Sequence record: PX530564.1
Direction: 5' to 3' (one strand)
Length of the DNA stretch: 58,765 nucleotides
Source of the DNA: a phage
Part shown: positions 11,136 through 21,814 of the stretch, one piece after another
Numbering within the stretch: the first letter of the stretch is position 1
How the letters are laid out: each line of letters opens with the position of its first letter
Notes under the pieces: model-generated
What the model was told of the DNA's origin: nothing
Databases searched by the model: none
The model's input: only the letters and a program-made list of their open reading frames with translations
Position numbers and translations under genes: made by a program

Positions 11136-11138
11136 GTT

Positions 11139-11441
11139 ATGGGTAAGAAAATTAAGAAGGCCGTGAAGAAAGTCACTAAGTCCGTTAAGAAAGTCGTTAA
11201 GGAAGTGGCTCGTCCGGTTAAACAGGTTGCTAGTGGTCTGGCTGGTGGTGCTGGTGAAGCACAGGTAGTCGAAGTGCCACAACCAGCCGCAACCCCAGCG
11301 GCACAGATTGTTGACGTACCTGAGAAAGAGGTTTCCACTGAGGACGAAGCACAGACCGAAAGCGGACGTAAGAAAGCTCGCGCTGGCGGTAAGAAGTCCT
11401 TAAGTGTGGCTCGTAGCTCCGGTGGCGGCATCAATATTTAA
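11139..11441 (+). CDS. 7.3: gene 7.3 tail-associated protein (100 aa)
   Basis: ORF track; lysine-rich N-terminus MGKKIKKAVKKVTKSVKKVVKEV.. Confidence 0.8.
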   Translation: MGKKIKKAVKKVTKSVKKVVKEVARPVKQVASGLAGGAGEAQVVEVPQPAATPAAQIVDVPEKEVSTEDEAQTESGRKKARAGGKKSLSVARSSGGGINI

Positions 11442-11455
11442 TCAGGAGGTGACAC

Positions 11456-13066
11456 ATGGCTGAGAAGCGTACAGGTCTAGCCGAGGAAGGTGCAAAGTCC
11501 GTTTATGACCGATTGAAGAACGACCGCGCTCCTTATGAGACTCGTGCTCAAAACTGCGCTCAGTACACCATTCCGTCCCTCTTCCCTAAGGACTCCGATA
11601 ACTCATCCACAGACTACACGACTCCGTGGCAAGCTGTGGGTGCTCGCGGTCTCAATAACTTGGCCTCTAAGCTCATGTTGGCGCTATTCCCAATGCAAAC
11701 GTGGATGAAGCTGACCATCTCTGAGTATGAGGCAAAACAGTTACTGAATGACCCCGATGGACTCGCCAAGGTCGATGAGGGACTCTCAATGGTAGAGCGT
11801 ATCATCATGAACTACATTGAGTCTAACAGCTACCGAGTGACGCTCTTTGAGGCTCTCAAGCAGTTAGTCGTTGCTGGTAACGTCCTGCTATACCTGCCGG
11901 AACCAGACGGGTCAAATTACAATCCCATGAAGCTGTACCGATTGTCTTCTTATGTGGTCCAACGAGACGCATTCGGCAACGTTCTGCAAATGGTGACTCG
12001 TGACCAGATAGCTTTTGGTGCGCTCCCTGAGGACATCCGCAAGGCAGTTGAAGGACAGGGCGGCGAGAAGAAAGCTGATGAGACCATTGATGTGTACACT
12101 CACATCTATCTGGACGAAGAATCAGGTGAGTATCTCCGCTACGAAGAGGTTGAGGGTATGGAGGTACAAGGCTCCGATGGGTCTTACCCACAAGAGGCTT
12201 GCCCATACATTCCGATTCGAATGGTTCGACTAGACGGGGAATCCTACGGTCGTTCGTACATTGAGGAATACTTAGGTGACTTGAGGTCCCTTGAGAATCT
12301 CCAAGAGGCTATCGTTAAGATGTCCATGATTAGCTCTAAGGTTATCGGCTTAGTGAATCCTGCTGGTATCACCCAGCCACGCCGACTGACTAAGGCTCAG
12401 ACTGGTGACTTCGTTACTGGTCGTCCCGAGGACATCTCGTTCCTACAATTGGAGAAGCAAGCAGACTTTACCGTAGCCAAGGCTGTAAGTGACGCTATTG
12501 AGGCTCGACTTTCGTTTGCCTTCATGTTGAACTCCGCTGTTCAGCGTACAGGTGAACGTGTGACCGCCGAAGAGATTCGGTACGTTGCGTCAGAACTTGA
12601 AGATACTTTAGGTGGTGTCTACTCTATCCTTTCTCAAGAATTACAATTGCCTCTGGTACGAGTGCTCTTGAAGCAACTACAAGCCACGCAACAGATTCCT
12701 GAGTTACCTAAGGAAGCCGTAGAGCCAACCATTAGTACAGGTCTGGAAGCAATCGGTCGTGGTCAAGACCTTGATAAGCTGGAGCGTTGCGTTACTGCGT
12801 GGGCTGCTCTTGCTCCTATGCGTGATGACCCTGATATCAACTTAGCGATGATTAAGTTGCGTATTGCCAACGCTATCGGTATTGACACTTCTGGTATTCT
12901 TCTCACCGAAGAACAGAAGCAACAGAAGATGGCCCAACAGTCTATGCAGATGGGTATGGATAATGGTGCCGCTGCGCTGGCTCAAGGTATGGCTGCACAG
13001 GCTACAGCTTCACCTGAGGCTATGGCTGCTGCTGCTGATTCCGTGGGTCTACAGCCAGGCATTTAA
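11456..13066 (+). CDS. 8: gene 8 portal (head-tail connector) protein (536 aa)
   Basis: ORF track; begins immediately after 7.3 with no intervening ORF. Confidence 0.95.
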   Translation: MAEKRTGLAEEGAKSVYDRLKNDRAPYETRAQNCAQYTIPSLFPKDSDNSSTDYTTPWQAVGARGLNNLASKLMLALFPMQTWMKLTISEYEAKQLLNDPDGLAKVDEGLSMVERIIMNYIESNSYRVTLFEALKQLVVAGNVLLYLPEPDGSNYNPMKLYRLSSYVVQRDAFGNVLQMVTRDQIAFGALPEDIRKAVEGQGGEKKADETIDVYTHIYLDEESGEYLRYEEVEGMEVQGSDGSYPQEACPYIPIRMVRLDGESYGRSYIEEYLGDLRSLENLQEAIVKMSMISSKVIGLVNPAGITQPRRLTKAQTGDFVTGRPEDISFLQLEKQADFTVAKAVSDAIEARLSFAFMLNSAVQRTGERVTAEEIRYVASELEDTLGGVYSILSQELQLPLVRVLLKQLQATQQIPELPKEAVEPTISTGLEAIGRGQDLDKLERCVTAWAALAPMRDDPDINLAMIKLRIANAIGIDTSGILLTEEQKQQKMAQQSMQMGMDNGAAALAQGMAAQATASPEAMAAAADSVGLQPGI

Positions 13067-13086
13067 TACGACTCACTATAGGGAGA
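13064..13086 (+). promoter_or_regulatory. T7 RNAP class III promoter phi9-like
   Basis: TAATACGACTCACTATAGGGAGA overlapping gene 8 stop. Confidence 0.9.
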
Positions 13087-13163
13087 GTAAGACTTCGAGG
13101 TAATCCGTACTGCGGACCTTCGATGCATCTCCCTCATAGTTCAACTTTAAGGAGACAATAATA

Positions 13164-14087
13164 ATGGCTGAATCTAATGCAGACGTATATGCATCTTTTG
13201 GCGTGAACTCCGCTGTGATGTCTGGTGGTTCCGTTGAGGAACACGAGCAGAATATGCTGGCTCTCGATGTTGCTGCCCGTGATGGCGATGATGCAATCGA
13301 GTTAGCGTCCGACGAAGTGGAAACAGAACGTGACCTGTACGATAACTCTGACCCATTCGGTCAAGAGGACGATGAGGGGCGCATTCAGGTTCGTATTGGC
13401 GATGGCTCTGAGCCGACCGATGTGGACGCTGGGGAAGAAGACTTCGAGGGCACAGAAGGTTCCGAAGAGTTTACACCGCTGGGCGAGACTCCAGAAGAAC
13501 TGGTAGCTGCCTCTGAGCAACTTGGTGAGCACGAAGAGGGCTTCCAAGAGATGATTAACATTGCTGCCGAGCGTGGTATGAGTGCCGAAACCATTGAGGC
13601 TATCCAGCGTGAGTACGAGGAGAACGAAGAGTTGTCCGATGCGTCCTACGCTAAGCTGGCTGAAATTGGTTACACTAAGGCTTTCATTGACTCATACATC
13701 CGTGGTCAAGAGGCTCTGGTGGAACAGTACGTAAACAGTGTGATTGAATATGCTGGTGGTCGTGACCGTTTTGACGCACTGTATAATCACCTTGAGACGC
13801 ATAACCCTGAGGCTGCACAGTCGCTGGACAATGCGTTGACCAATCGTGACTTAGCAACCGTTAAGGCTATCATCAACTTGGCTGGCGAGTCTCGCGCTAA
13901 GGCGTTCGGTCGTAAGCCAACTCGTAGTGTAACCAATCGTGCTATTCCGGCTAAACCTCAGGCTACTAAGCGTGAAGGCTTTGCGGACCGTAGCGAGATG
14001 ATTAAAGCTATGAGTGACCCTCGGTATCGTACAGATGCCAACTATCGTCGTCAAGTCGAACAGAAAGTAATCGATTCTAACTTCTGA
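13164..14087 (+). CDS. 9: gene 9 capsid assembly (scaffolding) protein (307 aa, acidic)
   Basis: ORF track; highly acidic composition and position before capsid gene. Confidence 0.9.
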   Translation: MAESNADVYASFGVNSAVMSGGSVEEHEQNMLALDVAARDGDDAIELASDEVETERDLYDNSDPFGQEDDEGRIQVRIGDGSEPTDVDAGEEDFEGTEGSEEFTPLGETPEELVAASEQLGEHEEGFQEMINIAAERGMSAETIEAIQREYEENEELSDASYAKLAEIGYTKAFIDSYIRGQEALVEQYVNSVIEYAGGRDRFDALYNHLETHNPEAAQSLDNALTNRDLATVKAIINLAGESRAKAFGRKPTRSVTNRAIPAKPQATKREGFADRSEMIKAMSDPRYRTDANYRRQVEQKVIDSNF

Positions 14088-14100
14088 TAGACTCTGAAAT

Positions 14101-14123
14101 TAATACGACTCACTATAGGGAGA
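14101..14123 (+). promoter_or_regulatory. T7 RNAP class III promoter phi10
   Basis: TAATACGACTCACTATAGGGAGACCACAACGG followed by ..TTTAACTTTCTTAAGAAGGAGATACACAT ATG leader. Confidence 0.92.
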
Positions 14124-14185
14124 CCACAACGGTTTCCCTCTAGAAATAATTCTTTGTTTAACTTTCTTAAGAAGGAGATACACAT

Positions 14186-15217
14186 ATGGCTAACATGACT
14201 GGTGGACAGCAACTGGGTACTAACCAAGGTAAAGGCGCAAGTGCTTCTGATAAACTGGCGTTGTTCTTAAAGGTATTTGGTGGTGAAGTCCTGACTGCAT
14301 TCGCTCGTACCTCCGTGACCACTTCTCGACACATGGTCCGCTCCATCTCCAGCGGTAAATCTGCTCAGTTCCCTGTACTGGGTCGCACTCAGGCAGCATA
14401 TCTGGCTCCGGGTGAGAACCTCGACGATAAACGTAAAGACATCAAGCACACCGAAAAGGTAATCACCATTGATGGTCTCCTGACGGCTGACGTTCTGATT
14501 TACGATATCGAGGACGCGATGAACCACTACGACGTTCGTTCTGAGTACACCTCCCAGTTGGGTGAGTCTCTGGCAATGGCTGCCGATGGTGCAGTTCTGG
14601 CTGAGATTGCTGGCCTGTGTAACTTGGCGAGCGCCTCTAATGAGAACATTGAGGGCCTCGGCACTGCAACGATTATCGAAGCGTCTCAGACCAAGGCTGC
14701 TCTGACCGACCAAGTTGCTCTGGGTAAAGAGATTATCGCTGCCTTGACTAAGGCTCGTGCGGCTCTGACCAAGAACTACGTTCCGGCTGCTGACCGCGTA
14801 TTCTACTGTGACCCAGATAGCTACTCTGCGATTCTGGCAGCACTGATGCCGAACGCTGCAAACTACGCTGCTCTGATTGACCCTGAGAAGGGTTCTATCC
14901 GCAACGTTATGGGCTTTGAGGTTGTCGAGGTTCCACACCTGACCTCTGGTGGCGCTGGTACTGCTCGTGACGGTGTAACTGGTCAGAAGCACGCCTTCCC
15001 AGCAACCGTTGGTGGTAACAACAAGGTCGCACAGGACAACGTTATCGGCCTGTTCATGCACCGCTCTGCCGTTGGTACTGTGAAGCTGCGTGATTTGGCT
15101 CTGGAACGCGCTCGCCGTGCTAACTTCCAAGCAGACCAGATTATCGCCAAGTACGCAATGGGTCACGGTGGTCTGCGCCCAGAAGCTGCTGGTGCAGTGG
15201 TTTTCAAGGGGGAGTAA
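14186..15217 (+). CDS. 10A: gene 10A major capsid protein (343 aa)
   Basis: ORF track; MANMTGGQQLGTNQGKGASASDKLALF.. Confidence 0.96.
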   Translation: MANMTGGQQLGTNQGKGASASDKLALFLKVFGGEVLTAFARTSVTTSRHMVRSISSGKSAQFPVLGRTQAAYLAPGENLDDKRKDIKHTEKVITIDGLLTADVLIYDIEDAMNHYDVRSEYTSQLGESLAMAADGAVLAEIAGLCNLASASNENIEGLGTATIIEASQTKAALTDQVALGKEIIAALTKARAALTKNYVPAADRVFYCDPDSYSAILAALMPNAANYAALIDPEKGSIRNVMGFEVVEVPHLTSGGAGTARDGVTGQKHAFPATVGGNNKVAQDNVIGLFMHRSAVGTVKLRDLALERARRANFQADQIIAKYAMGHGGLRPEAAGAVVFKGE

Positions 15218-15378
15218 TGCAAGGAGTGGCCTCAACGGTCGCTGCTAGTCCCGAAGAGGTGAGTGTTACTTCAACCGAAGAAACCTTAACGCCAGCACAG
15301 AAGGCCGCACGCACCCGCGCTGCTAACAAAGCCAGAAAGGAAGCTGAGTTGGCTGCCGCTGCTGCTGCTGAGCAATAA
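14186..15378 (+). CDS. 10B: gene 10B minor capsid protein via -1 ribosomal frameshift near the end of 10A
   Basis: The -1 frame stays open from the 10A terminus to TAA 15376-15378, just before the terminator, as in T7. Confidence 0.55.
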
Positions 15379-15380
15379 CT

Positions 15381-15427
15381 AGCATAACCCCTTGGGGCCT
15401 CTAAACGGGTCTTGAGGGGTTTTTTGC
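15381..15427 (+). terminator. T-phi-type transcription terminator
   Basis: GC-rich hairpin AACCCCTTGGGGCCTCTAAACGGGTCTTGAGGGGTT followed by TTTTTTG. Confidence 0.9.
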
Positions 15428-15445
15428 TTCATAAGGAGAAACTAT

Positions 15446-16036
15446 ATGCGCTCATACGATATGAACGTTGAGACTGCCGCTGAGTTATCCGCTGTGAACG
15501 ACATTCTGGCATCTATCGGTGAACCTCCGGTATCGACGCTTGAGGGTGACTCTAACGCAGACGTAGCGAACGCTCGACGTATTCTCAACAAGATTAACAG
15601 GCAGATTCAGTCTCGTGGCTGGACGTTCAACATTGAGGAAGGAATAACGCTATTACCTGATGTTTACTCCAACCTGATTGTGTACAGCGATGACTATCTA
15701 TCCCTAATGGCTACTTCCGGTCAATCCGTCTATGTCAACCGAGGTGGCTATGTGTATGACCGAACGAGTCAATCAGACCGCTTTGACTCTGGCATTACTG
15801 TGAACATTATCCGTCTCAGAGACTACGATGAGATGCCTGAATGCTTCCGCTACTGGATTGTCACCAAGGCTTCCCGTCAGTTCAACAACCGATTCTTTGG
15901 GGCACCAGAAGTAGAGGGTGTACTCCAAGAAGAGGAAGATGAGGCTAGACGTCTCTGTATGGAGTACGAAGTGGACTACGGTGGGTACAATATGCTGGAT
16001 GGCGATGCGTTCACTTCTGGTCTACTGACTCGCTGA
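15446..16036 (+). CDS. 11: gene 11 tail tubular protein A / gatekeeper (196 aa)
   Basis: ORF track; position and size as T7 gp11. Confidence 0.9.
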   Translation: MRSYDMNVETAAELSAVNDILASIGEPPVSTLEGDSNADVANARRILNKINRQIQSRGWTFNIEEGITLLPDVYSNLIVYSDDYLSLMATSGQSVYVNRGGYVYDRTSQSDRFDSGITVNIIRLRDYDEMPECFRYWIVTKASRQFNNRFFGAPEVEGVLQEEEDEARRLCMEYEVDYGGYNMLDGDAFTSGLLTR

Positions 16037-16057
16037 TTAATAAATAAGGAGGCTCTA

Positions 16058-18448
16058 ATGGCACTCATTAGCCAATCAATCAAGAACTTGAAGGGTGGTA
16101 TCAGCCAACAGCCTGACATCCTTCGTTATCCAGACCAAGGGTCACGCCAAGTTAACGGTTGGTCTTCGGAGACCGAGGGCCTCCAAAAGCGTCCACCTAT
16201 GGTTTTCCTTAAGACATTGGGAGGAAGTGGTGACTTAGGGCAAGCGCCTTATATTCACCTTATTAACCGAGACGAGTACGAGCGGTACTATGCAGTATTT
16301 ACCGGAAGTACCATCCGAGTTTTTGATTTAGCTGGTAACGAGAAACAAGTGCGTTTCCCTACAGGGGCAGCATATGTACAAACAGCTAACCCACGGAATG
16401 ACCTGAGGATGGTCACTGTGGCAGACTACACGTTTGTTGTGAACAGGAACGTCACAGTCACCGAGTCTACAGAAATCTCAACTGGCGGGACATTCAGGGA
16501 TAAAGGAGACGCTTTGATTAACGTAAGGGGAGGACAATACGGAAGAACGTTGAAGGTGCTGATTAATGGTGCAGTATATGCAGCGTACACAATCCCTAAC
16601 GGGTCCGCTCCAGAACACGTCAACAATACTGATGCTCAATGGCTGGCTAACGAGTTGGCTACTCAACTCAGGAACAACCTAGGACCACACGGGTGGACAT
16701 TCAATGTTGGTCAAGGGTTCATCCATGTGATAGCACCTGCCAGTGGTGAGGTGTGGAACATATCGACAGAGGATGGTTATGCAGACCAGCTAATTAGTCC
16801 TGTCACCCACTACGCTCAGTCGTTCTCTAAGCTGCCACCAAACGCTCCAGATGGTTACATGGTTAAGATTGTAGGAGATTCCTCAAAGTCCGCTGACCAG
16901 TATTACGTTCAGTATGATGCCAGTCGTAAGGTATGGAAGGAAGTTGTTGGGTGGAACACCAAGCTGCACTACACGCACGATACAATGCCTCACGCTCTAA
17001 TCAGGGCCTCTGACGGCAACTTTGAGTTCAAGACAATCTCATGGAACCCTAGGATGTGCGGTGATGCTGATACTAACCCGTATCCTTCATTCGTAGGCTC
17101 TACGATTAACGATGTCTTCTTCTTCCGTAACCGTTTAGGGTTCCTTAGCGGAGAGAACATTATATTGAGCCGTACTGCAAAATACTTTAACTTCTTCCCA
17201 GCGTCAGTAGCTAACCTAAGTGACGATGACCCTATAGACGTAGCCGTGAGCACAAACCGAATAGCAATCCTCAAGTACGCCGTTCCATTCTCAGAGGAGC
17301 TACTCATCTGGTCTGACGAAGCACAATTCGTATTGACAGCTTCTGGCACTCTCACGTCTAAGTCGGTTGAGTTGAACCTAACGACTCAGTTTGACGTACA
17401 GGACAGAGCGAGACCGTATGGCATTGGGCGTAATGTCTACTTTGCTAGTCCAAGGTCCAGCTTCACGTCCATCCACAGGTACTACGCTGTGCAGGATGTA
17501 AGCTCCGTTAAGAACGCTGAGGACATTACAGCACACGTTCCTAACTACATCCCTAATGGTGTGTTCAGTATTTGTGGTAGTGGTACGGAAAACTTCTGTT
17601 CAGTACTATCTCACGGAGACCCTAGCAAAATCTTCATGTACAAATTCCTGTACCTGAATGAAGAGTTAAGGCAACAGTCATGGTCCCATTGGGACTTTGG
17701 GGCAAACGTGCAGGTTTTGGCATGTCAAAGCATCAACTCAGATATGTTCATTATCCTACGTAACGAGTTCAATACGTTCCTTGCGAGGGTTTCCTTTACG
17801 AAGAACGCCATTGACTTACAGGGTGAACCTTATCGTGCATTTATGGACATGAAGATTCGCTACACTATTCCAGGCGGGACGTATAATGATGACACCTACG
17901 AAACATCCATCCACTTACCAACCATCTACAACGCTAACTTCGCGAGAGGGAAGATTACTGTTCTGGAGCCGGACGGTAAGATTACCGAATTTGAGCAACC
18001 TCAGGTCGGCTGGAATAATGACCCTTGGTTGAGACTCAACGGTAACTTAGAGGGACGTACAGTGTACATTGGGTTCAACATTAACTTCGTCTATGAGTTC
18101 TCTAAGTTTCTCATTAAGCAGACTGCCGACGATGGGTCTACCTCCACGGAAGACATTGGTCGCTTACAGTTACGCCGAGCGTGGGTTAACTATGAGGAGT
18201 CTGGTACGTTCGACATTTATGTTGAGAATCAATCGTCCAACTGGAAGTACACAATGGCTGGTGCTCGCTTAGGTTCGAACACCCTGAGGGCTGGTCGACT
18301 GAACTTAGGGACCGGACAATACCGTTTCCCTGTGGTGGGTAACGCCAAGTTCAATACCGTGTCCATCTTGTCCGATGAGACTACCCCGCTGAACATCATT
18401 GGGTGTGGCTGGGAAGGAAACTACTTACGGAGAAGTTCTGGTATTTAA
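16058..18448 (+). CDS. 12: gene 12 tail tubular protein B / nozzle (796 aa)
   Basis: ORF track; position and size as T7 gp12. Confidence 0.9.
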   Translation: MALISQSIKNLKGGISQQPDILRYPDQGSRQVNGWSSETEGLQKRPPMVFLKTLGGSGDLGQAPYIHLINRDEYERYYAVFTGSTIRVFDLAGNEKQVRFPTGAAYVQTANPRNDLRMVTVADYTFVVNRNVTVTESTEISTGGTFRDKGDALINVRGGQYGRTLKVLINGAVYAAYTIPNGSAPEHVNNTDAQWLANELATQLRNNLGPHGWTFNVGQGFIHVIAPASGEVWNISTEDGYADQLISPVTHYAQSFSKLPPNAPDGYMVKIVGDSSKSADQYYVQYDASRKVWKEVVGWNTKLHYTHDTMPHALIRASDGNFEFKTISWNPRMCGDADTNPYPSFVGSTINDVFFFRNRLGFLSGENIILSRTAKYFNFFPASVANLSDDDPIDVAVSTNRIAILKYAVPFSEELLIWSDEAQFVLTASGTLTSKSVELNLTTQFDVQDRARPYGIGRNVYFASPRSSFTSIHRYYAVQDVSSVKNAEDITAHVPNYIPNGVFSICGSGTENFCSVLSHGDPSKIFMYKFLYLNEELRQQSWSHWDFGANVQVLACQSINSDMFIILRNEFNTFLARVSFTKNAIDLQGEPYRAFMDMKIRYTIPGGTYNDDTYETSIHLPTIYNANFARGKITVLEPDGKITEFEQPQVGWNNDPWLRLNGNLEGRTVYIGFNINFVYEFSKFLIKQTADDGSTSTEDIGRLQLRRAWVNYEESGTFDIYVENQSSNWKYTMAGARLGSNTLRAGRLNLGTGQYRFPVVGNAKFNTVSILSDETTPLNIIGCGWEGNYLRRSSGI

Positions 18449-18476
18449 TTAAAATGTTCTCCCTGTGGTGTGGAAT

Positions 18477-18499
18477 TAATACGACTCACTATAGGGAGA
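18477..18499 (+). promoter_or_regulatory. T7 RNAP class III promoter phi13-like
   Basis: TAATACGACTCACTATAGGGAGA. Confidence 0.9.
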
Positions 18500-18526
18500 A
18501 CAATACGACTACGGGAGGGTTTTCTT

Positions 18527-18943
18527 ATGATGATTATAAGACCTACTAAAAGTACAGACTTTGAGGTATTCACTCCGGCTCACCATGACATTCTTGAAGC
18601 TAAGGCTGCTGGTATTGAGCCGAGTTTCCCTGATGCTTCCGAGTGTGTCACGTTGAGCCTCTATGGGTTCCCTCTAGCCATTGGTGGTAACTGTGGGGAC
18701 CAATGCTGGTTCGTTACGAGCGACCAAGTGTGGCGACTTAGTGGAAAGGCTAAGCGAGAGTTCCGTAAGTTAATCATGGAGTATCGCGATAAGATGCTTG
18801 AGAAGTATGATACTCTTTGGAATTACGTATGGGTGGGCAATACGTCCCACATTCGTTTCCTCAAGACTATCGGTGCGGTATTCCATGAAGAGTACACACA
18901 GGATGGTCAATTTCAACTATTCACAATAACGAAAGGAGGATAA
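18527..18943 (+). CDS. 13: gene 13 internal virion protein A (138 aa)
   Basis: ATG 18527 inside ORF 18470..18943. Confidence 0.8.
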   Translation: MMIIRPTKSTDFEVFTPAHHDILEAKAAGIEPSFPDASECVTLSLYGFPLAIGGNCGDQCWFVTSDQVWRLSGKAKREFRKLIMEYRDKMLEKYDTLWNYVWVGNTSHIRFLKTIGAVFHEEYTQDGQFQLFTITKGG

Positions 18944-18947
18944 CCAT

Positions 18948-19538
18948 ATGTGTTGGCCTGCCGCAATTCCAATAGCAATAGCTGGCGCTCAGGCTGTAAG
19001 TAGCCAGAGTGCACAAGCCAAAATGATTGCCGCTCAGACCGCTGCTGGTCGTCGTCAAGCTATCGAACTCATGAAGCAGACGAACATTCAGAATGCTGAC
19101 CTATCGTTGCAAGCTCGAAGTAAACTTGAGGAAGCATCCTCGGAGTTGACCTCTCAGAACATGCAGAAGGTTCAGGCTATGGGGTCAATCCGAGCGGCTA
19201 TCGGAGAGAGTATGCTTGAAGGTGCCTCAATGGACCGCATTAAGCGAGTCACAGAAGGTCAGTTCATTCGGGAAACCAACATGGTAACTGAGAACTACCG
19301 ACGAGACTATCAAGCAATCTTCGCGCAACAACTTGGTGGTACTCAAAGTACTGCAAGTCAGATTGATGAAATCTACAGAGGCGAACAGAAACAGAAGAGT
19401 AAGCTACAGATGGTTCTTGACCCACTGGCTATCATGGGGTCTTCCGCTGCGAGTGCTTACGCGTCCGGTGCGTTCGACTCTAAGTCAACCACTAAGGCAC
19501 CTATAGTTGCCGCTAAAGGAACCAAGACGGGGAGGTAA
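18948..19538 (+). CDS. 14: gene 14 internal core protein B (196 aa)
   Basis: ORF track. Confidence 0.85.
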   Translation: MCWPAAIPIAIAGAQAVSSQSAQAKMIAAQTAAGRRQAIELMKQTNIQNADLSLQARSKLEEASSELTSQNMQKVQAMGSIRAAIGESMLEGASMDRIKRVTEGQFIRETNMVTENYRRDYQAIFAQQLGGTQSTASQIDEIYRGEQKQKSKLQMVLDPLAIMGSSAASAYASGAFDSKSTTKAPIVAAKGTKTGR

Positions 19539-19544
19539 TGAACT

Positions 19545-21788
19545 ATGAGTAAGATTGAATCTGCCCTTCAAGCGGCACAGCCGGGACTCTCTCGGTTACG
19601 TAGTGGCGCTGGTGGTATGGGCTACAGGGCCGCATCTACACAAGCTGAGCAACCTAAGTCCAGCCTACTGGACACCATTGGTCGATTCGCTAAGGCAGGT
19701 GCTGACATGTATGCAGCAAAGGAGCAAAGAGCACGCGACCTTGCTGATGAACGCTCTAACGAGATTATCCGTAAGTTGACCCCTGAGCAACGCCGAGAGG
19801 CCCTCAATAACGGGACCCTTCTGTATCAGGATGACCCATACGCTATGGAAGCACTACGAGTCAAGACTGGTCGCAACGCTGCGTACCTCGTCGATGATGA
19901 TGTTATGCAGAAGGTCAAAGAGGGTGTCTTCCGTACTCGTGAAGAGATGGAACAGTATCGCCATAGTCGTCTTCAAGAGGGCGCGAAGGCATACGCTGAG
20001 CAGTTCGGGATTGACCCTGAGGATGTTGACTATCAGCGTGGTTTCAACGGAGACATTACCGAGCGTAACATTTCGCTGTATGGTGCACACGATAACTTCT
20101 TGAGCCAACAAGCTCAGAAGGGTGCCATCATGAACAGCCGAGTGGAACTCAACGGTGTACTTCAAGACCCTGATATGCTTCGTCGCCCAGACTCCGCTGA
20201 CTTCTTTGAGAAGTACATCGACAATGGTCTGGTTACTGGAGCTATCCCGTCTGACGCTCAGGCTACACAGCTTATTGGTCAAGCGTTCAGTGATGCTTCC
20301 AGCCGTGCTGGTGGTGCTGACTTCCTGATGCGAGTTGGCGACAAGAAGGTAACACTCAACGGAGCCACTACGACTTACCGAGAGTTGATGGGCGAAGAGC
20401 AGTGGAATGCACTTATGGTCACAGCGCAACGGTCTCAGTTTGAGAACGACGCTAAGTTGAACGAGCAGTACCGCTTAAAGATTAACTCTGCGTTGAACCA
20501 AGAAGACCCTCGTACTGCGTGGGAGATGCTTCAAGGTATCAAAGCGGAACTCGATAAGGTGCAACCTGATGAACAGATGACACCCCAACGTCAGTGGTTA
20601 ATCTCGGCACAGGAGCAAGTTCAGAACCAGATGAATGCATGGACGAAAGCTCAGGCCAAGGCTCTGGATGATTCCATGAAGTCGATGAACAAACTTGATG
20701 TAATCGACAAGCAGTTCCAGAAGCGAATCAACGGTGAGTGGGTCTCAACGGACTTCAAGGACATGCCTACCAACGAGAACACTGGGGAGTTCAAGCATAG
20801 CGATATGGTTAACTACGCCAATAAGAAACTAGCTGAGATTGACCGTATGGATATTCCAGATGGCGCTAAGGACGCTATGAAGTTGAAGTACCTTCAAGCT
20901 GACTCTAAGGACGGTGCATTCCGTACAGCTATCGGAACCATGGTAACAGACGCTAGTCAAGAGTGGTCTGCCGCTGTGATTAACGGTAAGCTGCCTAGCA
21001 ATACTCCAGCTATGAACGCTCTACGTAGAATCCGTAATGCTGACCCACAGTTGATTGCTGCATTGTATCCAGACCAAGCCGAGTTATTCTTAACGTTGGA
21101 CATGATGGACAAGCAAGGTATCGACCCTCAGGTTATTCTTGATGCTGACAGACTGAGTGCCAAACGCTCCAAGGAGCAACGCTTCGAAGACGATAAGGCG
21201 TTCGAGTCTGCCCTGAATAGCTCAACCGCACCTGAGATTGCCCGTATGCCAGCGGCGCTTCGTGACTCTGCTCGTAAGATTTATGACTCCGTTAAATACC
21301 GCTCAGGTAACGAGAGCATGGCTATGGAGCAGATGTCAAAGTTCCTTAAGGAATCTACATACACGTTTACCGGAGACGATGTCGATGGTGATACAGTGGG
21401 CGTAATCCCTAAGAACATGATGCAAGTCAACTCGGACCCAAAATCGTGGGAACAAGGTCGTGATATTTTGGAGGAAGCACGTAAGGGAATCATAGCGAAC
21501 AACCCTTGGATTACCAACAAGCAACTTACCATGTATTCTCAAGGTGACTCCATTTACCTTATGGACACAACTGGTCAAGTACGCATCCGGTATGACAAAG
21601 AGTTACTCTCGAAGGTCTGGAGTGAGAACCAGAAGAAACTTGAAGAGAAAGCGCGTGAGAAAGCATTGAAGGATGTCAACAAGCGAGCACCTATCACTGC
21701 TGCTACCAAGGCTCGTGAAGCTGGTGCTAAACGAGTCCGAGAGAAACGTAAACAGACTCCGAAGTTCATCTATGGACGTAAGGAGTAA
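19545..21788 (+). CDS. 15: gene 15 internal core protein C (747 aa)
   Basis: ORF track. Confidence 0.9.
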   Translation: MSKIESALQAAQPGLSRLRSGAGGMGYRAASTQAEQPKSSLLDTIGRFAKAGADMYAAKEQRARDLADERSNEIIRKLTPEQRREALNNGTLLYQDDPYAMEALRVKTGRNAAYLVDDDVMQKVKEGVFRTREEMEQYRHSRLQEGAKAYAEQFGIDPEDVDYQRGFNGDITERNISLYGAHDNFLSQQAQKGAIMNSRVELNGVLQDPDMLRRPDSADFFEKYIDNGLVTGAIPSDAQATQLIGQAFSDASSRAGGADFLMRVGDKKVTLNGATTTYRELMGEEQWNALMVTAQRSQFENDAKLNEQYRLKINSALNQEDPRTAWEMLQGIKAELDKVQPDEQMTPQRQWLISAQEQVQNQMNAWTKAQAKALDDSMKSMNKLDVIDKQFQKRINGEWVSTDFKDMPTNENTGEFKHSDMVNYANKKLAEIDRMDIPDGAKDAMKLKYLQADSKDGAFRTAIGTMVTDASQEWSAAVINGKLPSNTPAMNALRRIRNADPQLIAALYPDQAELFLTLDMMDKQGIDPQVILDADRLSAKRSKEQRFEDDKAFESALNSSTAPEIARMPAALRDSARKIYDSVKYRSGNESMAMEQMSKFLKESTYTFTGDDVDGDTVGVIPKNMMQVNSDPKSWEQGRDILEEARKGIIANNPWITNKQLTMYSQGDSIYLMDTTGQVRIRYDKELLSKVWSENQKKLEEKAREKALKDVNKRAPITAATKAREAGAKRVREKRKQTPKFIYGRKE

Positions 21789-21814
21789 CTAAAGGCTACA
21801 TAAGGAGGCCCTAA

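Noticed and set aside
14101-14200. Expression-vector-like signature (T7 promoter plus GAAGGAGATA..CAT ATG leader)
   Set aside because: No lac operator, and the element sits in native context between scaffolding gene 9 and capsid gene 10, followed by the natural terminator; this is the phage phi10 region that vectors were derived from.
14267-15235. 322-aa reverse-strand ORF covering the major capsid gene
   Set aside because: Antisense to a highly conserved, highly expressed gene; every recognisable gene here is on the + strand, as in all T7-like phages; no promoter or RBS. Likely an artefact of codon composition.
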